Assembly (NCBI GenBank): GCA_001512885.1
Contig: LFSZ01000031.1
Location: 1-51,434, forward strand
Source of the DNA: Rikenellaceae bacterium DTU001
GTDB lineage: Bacteria; Bacteroidota; Bacteroidia; Bacteroidales; DTU049
DNA length: 51,434 nucleotides
Direction of reading: 5' to 3'
This document shows positions 49,914-51,434 of the stretch, in pieces (within the stretch, counting starts at the first letter, position 1; each line of letters starts with the position of its first letter). Under the pieces are notes generated by a model that was given only the letters and a program-made list of their open reading frames with translations, was not told where the DNA came from and made no database searches. Both the position numbers and the translations under genes were made by a program.

Positions 49914-51173
49914 ATGTCTATTCCATTAGCAGAGCAATTAAGACCAAAAAATTGGGATGAGTTTGTAGGACAAGAGCATTTGGTAGGGGCAGATGGCATC
50001 ATTAGAAAACTTTTAAGTTCTAAATCATTACCTTCATTAATCTTGTGGGGGTCGCCCGGCACAGGAAAAACAACTATTGCAGGATTAATAGCAAAAGATT
50101 TACAAGTTCCTTTTTTCAAATTAAATGCCATAGACGCGGGCGTGAAAGATATAAGAAATATAATACAAAAAGCTCAACCATATAAAACAGTTATTTTATT
50201 TTTAGATGAAATACATAGATTTTCTAAATCCCAACAAGATAGCTTATTACATGCAGTAGAAAAAGGAATTATAACTCTGATAGGTGCTACTACTGAAAAT
50301 CCTTCATTTGAGATCATACCACCTCTTTTATCTCGCTGCCAAGTTTATGTACTAAATCCATTAGAAATTTCTGATTTAGATAAATTGTTACAAAGGGCTA
50401 TTGATTTTTACTCATCGAAAAATATAATTATTGAAGTAATTGAAAAAGAAGCTTTATTTACTTATAGTGGTGGAGATGCTAGAAAATTATATAATGTAAT
50501 AGAATTATTAGTAGATAGTAGCAATAGTACAAATCTAGTGATTAGCAATGAAAATGTAGAAGCTATAGTAAAACAAAAATTTTTATTGTACGACAAACAA
50601 GGCGAATATCACTATGATCTTATCTCTGCTTTTATAAAATCTATAAGAAATAGTGATCCTAATGCTGCTATTTATTGGATGGCAAGAATGCTAGAAGGAG
50701 GCGAAGATCCACTATTTATAGCACGTAGAATGATAATATTAGCTTCTGAAGATATAGGACTCGCTAATCCTAATGCATTACTATTAGCTAATGCTTGCTT
50801 CGATGCAGTTCATAAAATTGGTATGCCAGAAGCAAGGATAGTTTTAGCTGAATGCGCTATATATCTCGCTTCATCACCTAAAAGTAATGCTAGCTACTTA
50901 TCCATAGAGAAAGCTATAGAATTTGTTCATAAAACTGGCGATTTGCCAGTGCCGCTTCACCTTAGAAATGCACCTACACAATTTATGCGATCGCTTAATT
51001 ATCACAAAGGTTATTTATACCCCCATGATCATCCTAACCATTTCATCGAGCAAGAGTGTTTGCCAGATGAAATATCTGGGACTTCTTTTTATATACCTGC
51101 TGATAATTCTAAAGAAAATGAACTAAAAAATTACTTAAAAAAACTTTGGAAAAATAAATATAGATTTGAATAA
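49914..51173 (+). CDS. rarA: Replication-associated recombination protein A
   Basis: PLAEQLRP, GSPGTGKTT, LDEIHRF, GATTENPSF, ASEDIG and VPLHLRNAP; TATATTTG at 49892-49899. Confidence 0.96.
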   Translation: MSIPLAEQLRPKNWDEFVGQEHLVGADGIIRKLLSSKSLPSLILWGSPGTGKTTIAGLIAKDLQVPFFKLNAIDAGVKDIRNIIQKAQPYKTVILFLDEIHRFSKSQQDSLLHAVEKGIITLIGATTENPSFEIIPPLLSRCQVYVLNPLEISDLDKLLQRAIDFYSSKNIIIEVIEKEALFTYSGGDARKLYNVIELLVDSSNSTNLVISNENVEAIVKQKFLLYDKQGEYHYDLISAFIKSIRNSDPNAAIYWMARMLEGGEDPLFIARRMIILASEDIGLANPNALLLANACFDAVHKIGMPEARIVLAECAIYLASSPKSNASYLSIEKAIEFVHKTGDLPVPLHLRNAPTQFMRSLNYHKGYLYPHDHPNHFIEQECLPDEISGTSFYIPADNSKENELKNYLKKLWKNKYRFE

Positions 51174-51395
51174 ATCTCTAACTTAATAATATAAGATTTT
51201 ACTTTTTTTGAATTATAATTTGTAATTCGATTTTTAACATAATGATGCAAGTAAATAATATGTTTTTTTTACCAATACGCAATACTTTAGATTACTATTA
51301 AGTAGCTTAGGATTTTCATAGGGAAAATTTCAATTGTTTAATTTAATATTGGATTAATATAAAATTAATTGTTAATTTTACCAAAATTTATAATT

Positions 51396-51434
51396 ATGAA
51401 AACCATATTAAAAGATCAAGAATTAGAAGACTAC
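51396..51434 (+). CDS. 5' fragment of an unidentified ORF running off the window (possibly another transposase paralog)
   Basis: ATG at 51396, open to the edge (MKTILKDQELEDY); preceded by TAATTTTAC at 51373-51381. Confidence 0.4.
   Translation, partial: MKTILKDQELEDY

Noticed and set aside
13744-51126. Remaining short antisense or alternate-frame ORFs (e.g. 20076, 22878, 25309, 26971, 27331, 33815, 34158, 39606, 41614, 42211, 44222, 45141, 49877, 50923)
   Set aside because: They overlap confident genes almost entirely and have no independent signals.
39200-51260. Recurring intergenic words TTCGATTTT and ATGCAA/TTGCAT (~39260-39305, ~48470-48550, ~51225-51250)
   Set aside because: Too short and inconsistently spaced to exceed chance in such AT-rich DNA.
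1-51434. tRNA/rRNA genes, riboswitches (e.g. cobalamin near pduO) and stop-codon recoding
   Set aside because: No cloverleaf or riboswitch-like GC-rich structure was seen in the spacers, and genes are full length under the standard code. A covariance-model scan would be needed to exclude small RNAs.

Overview
Very AT-rich chromosomal segment of a Bacteroidota bacterium, probably an anaerobic Bacteroidales member (TAnnTTTG -7 promoter boxes, T9SS/Gld genes, bamD-rpoZ-coaBC-DUF4835 block). It is mostly housekeeping: a methylmalonyl-CoA epimerase/Na+-pumping decarboxylase operon, purE, rpsA, trxA, a polyprenyl synthase, PduO, pyrC, a polyprenol-P-Man synthase, wzc, rfbC, mlaD, an ECF sigma factor, lptG, tgt, cinA and rarA. 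It also has PorP/SprF, GldJ and four secreted proteins with type-B T9SS C-terminal domains. I saw no rRNA, tRNA or CRISPR array. The most unusual items are: (1) an intact IS1595-like transposase ORF with 27-bp imperfect TIRs whose catalytic residues look substituted, plus a diverged paralog start at the left edge and possibly another at the right edge, all three with the same TAnnTTTAC upstream box; (2) a ~250-bp MITE-like element enclosing CACAAAG heptamer repeats; (3) an aeRF1/Balon-like protein lacking GGQ; (4) a Shine-Dalgarno sequence plus overlapping 4-codon uORF at rpsA, in a phylum that rarely uses SD; (5) a YgjP/M48 gene split at a T10 tract. All family assignments come from motif recognition by eye, not from database searches.
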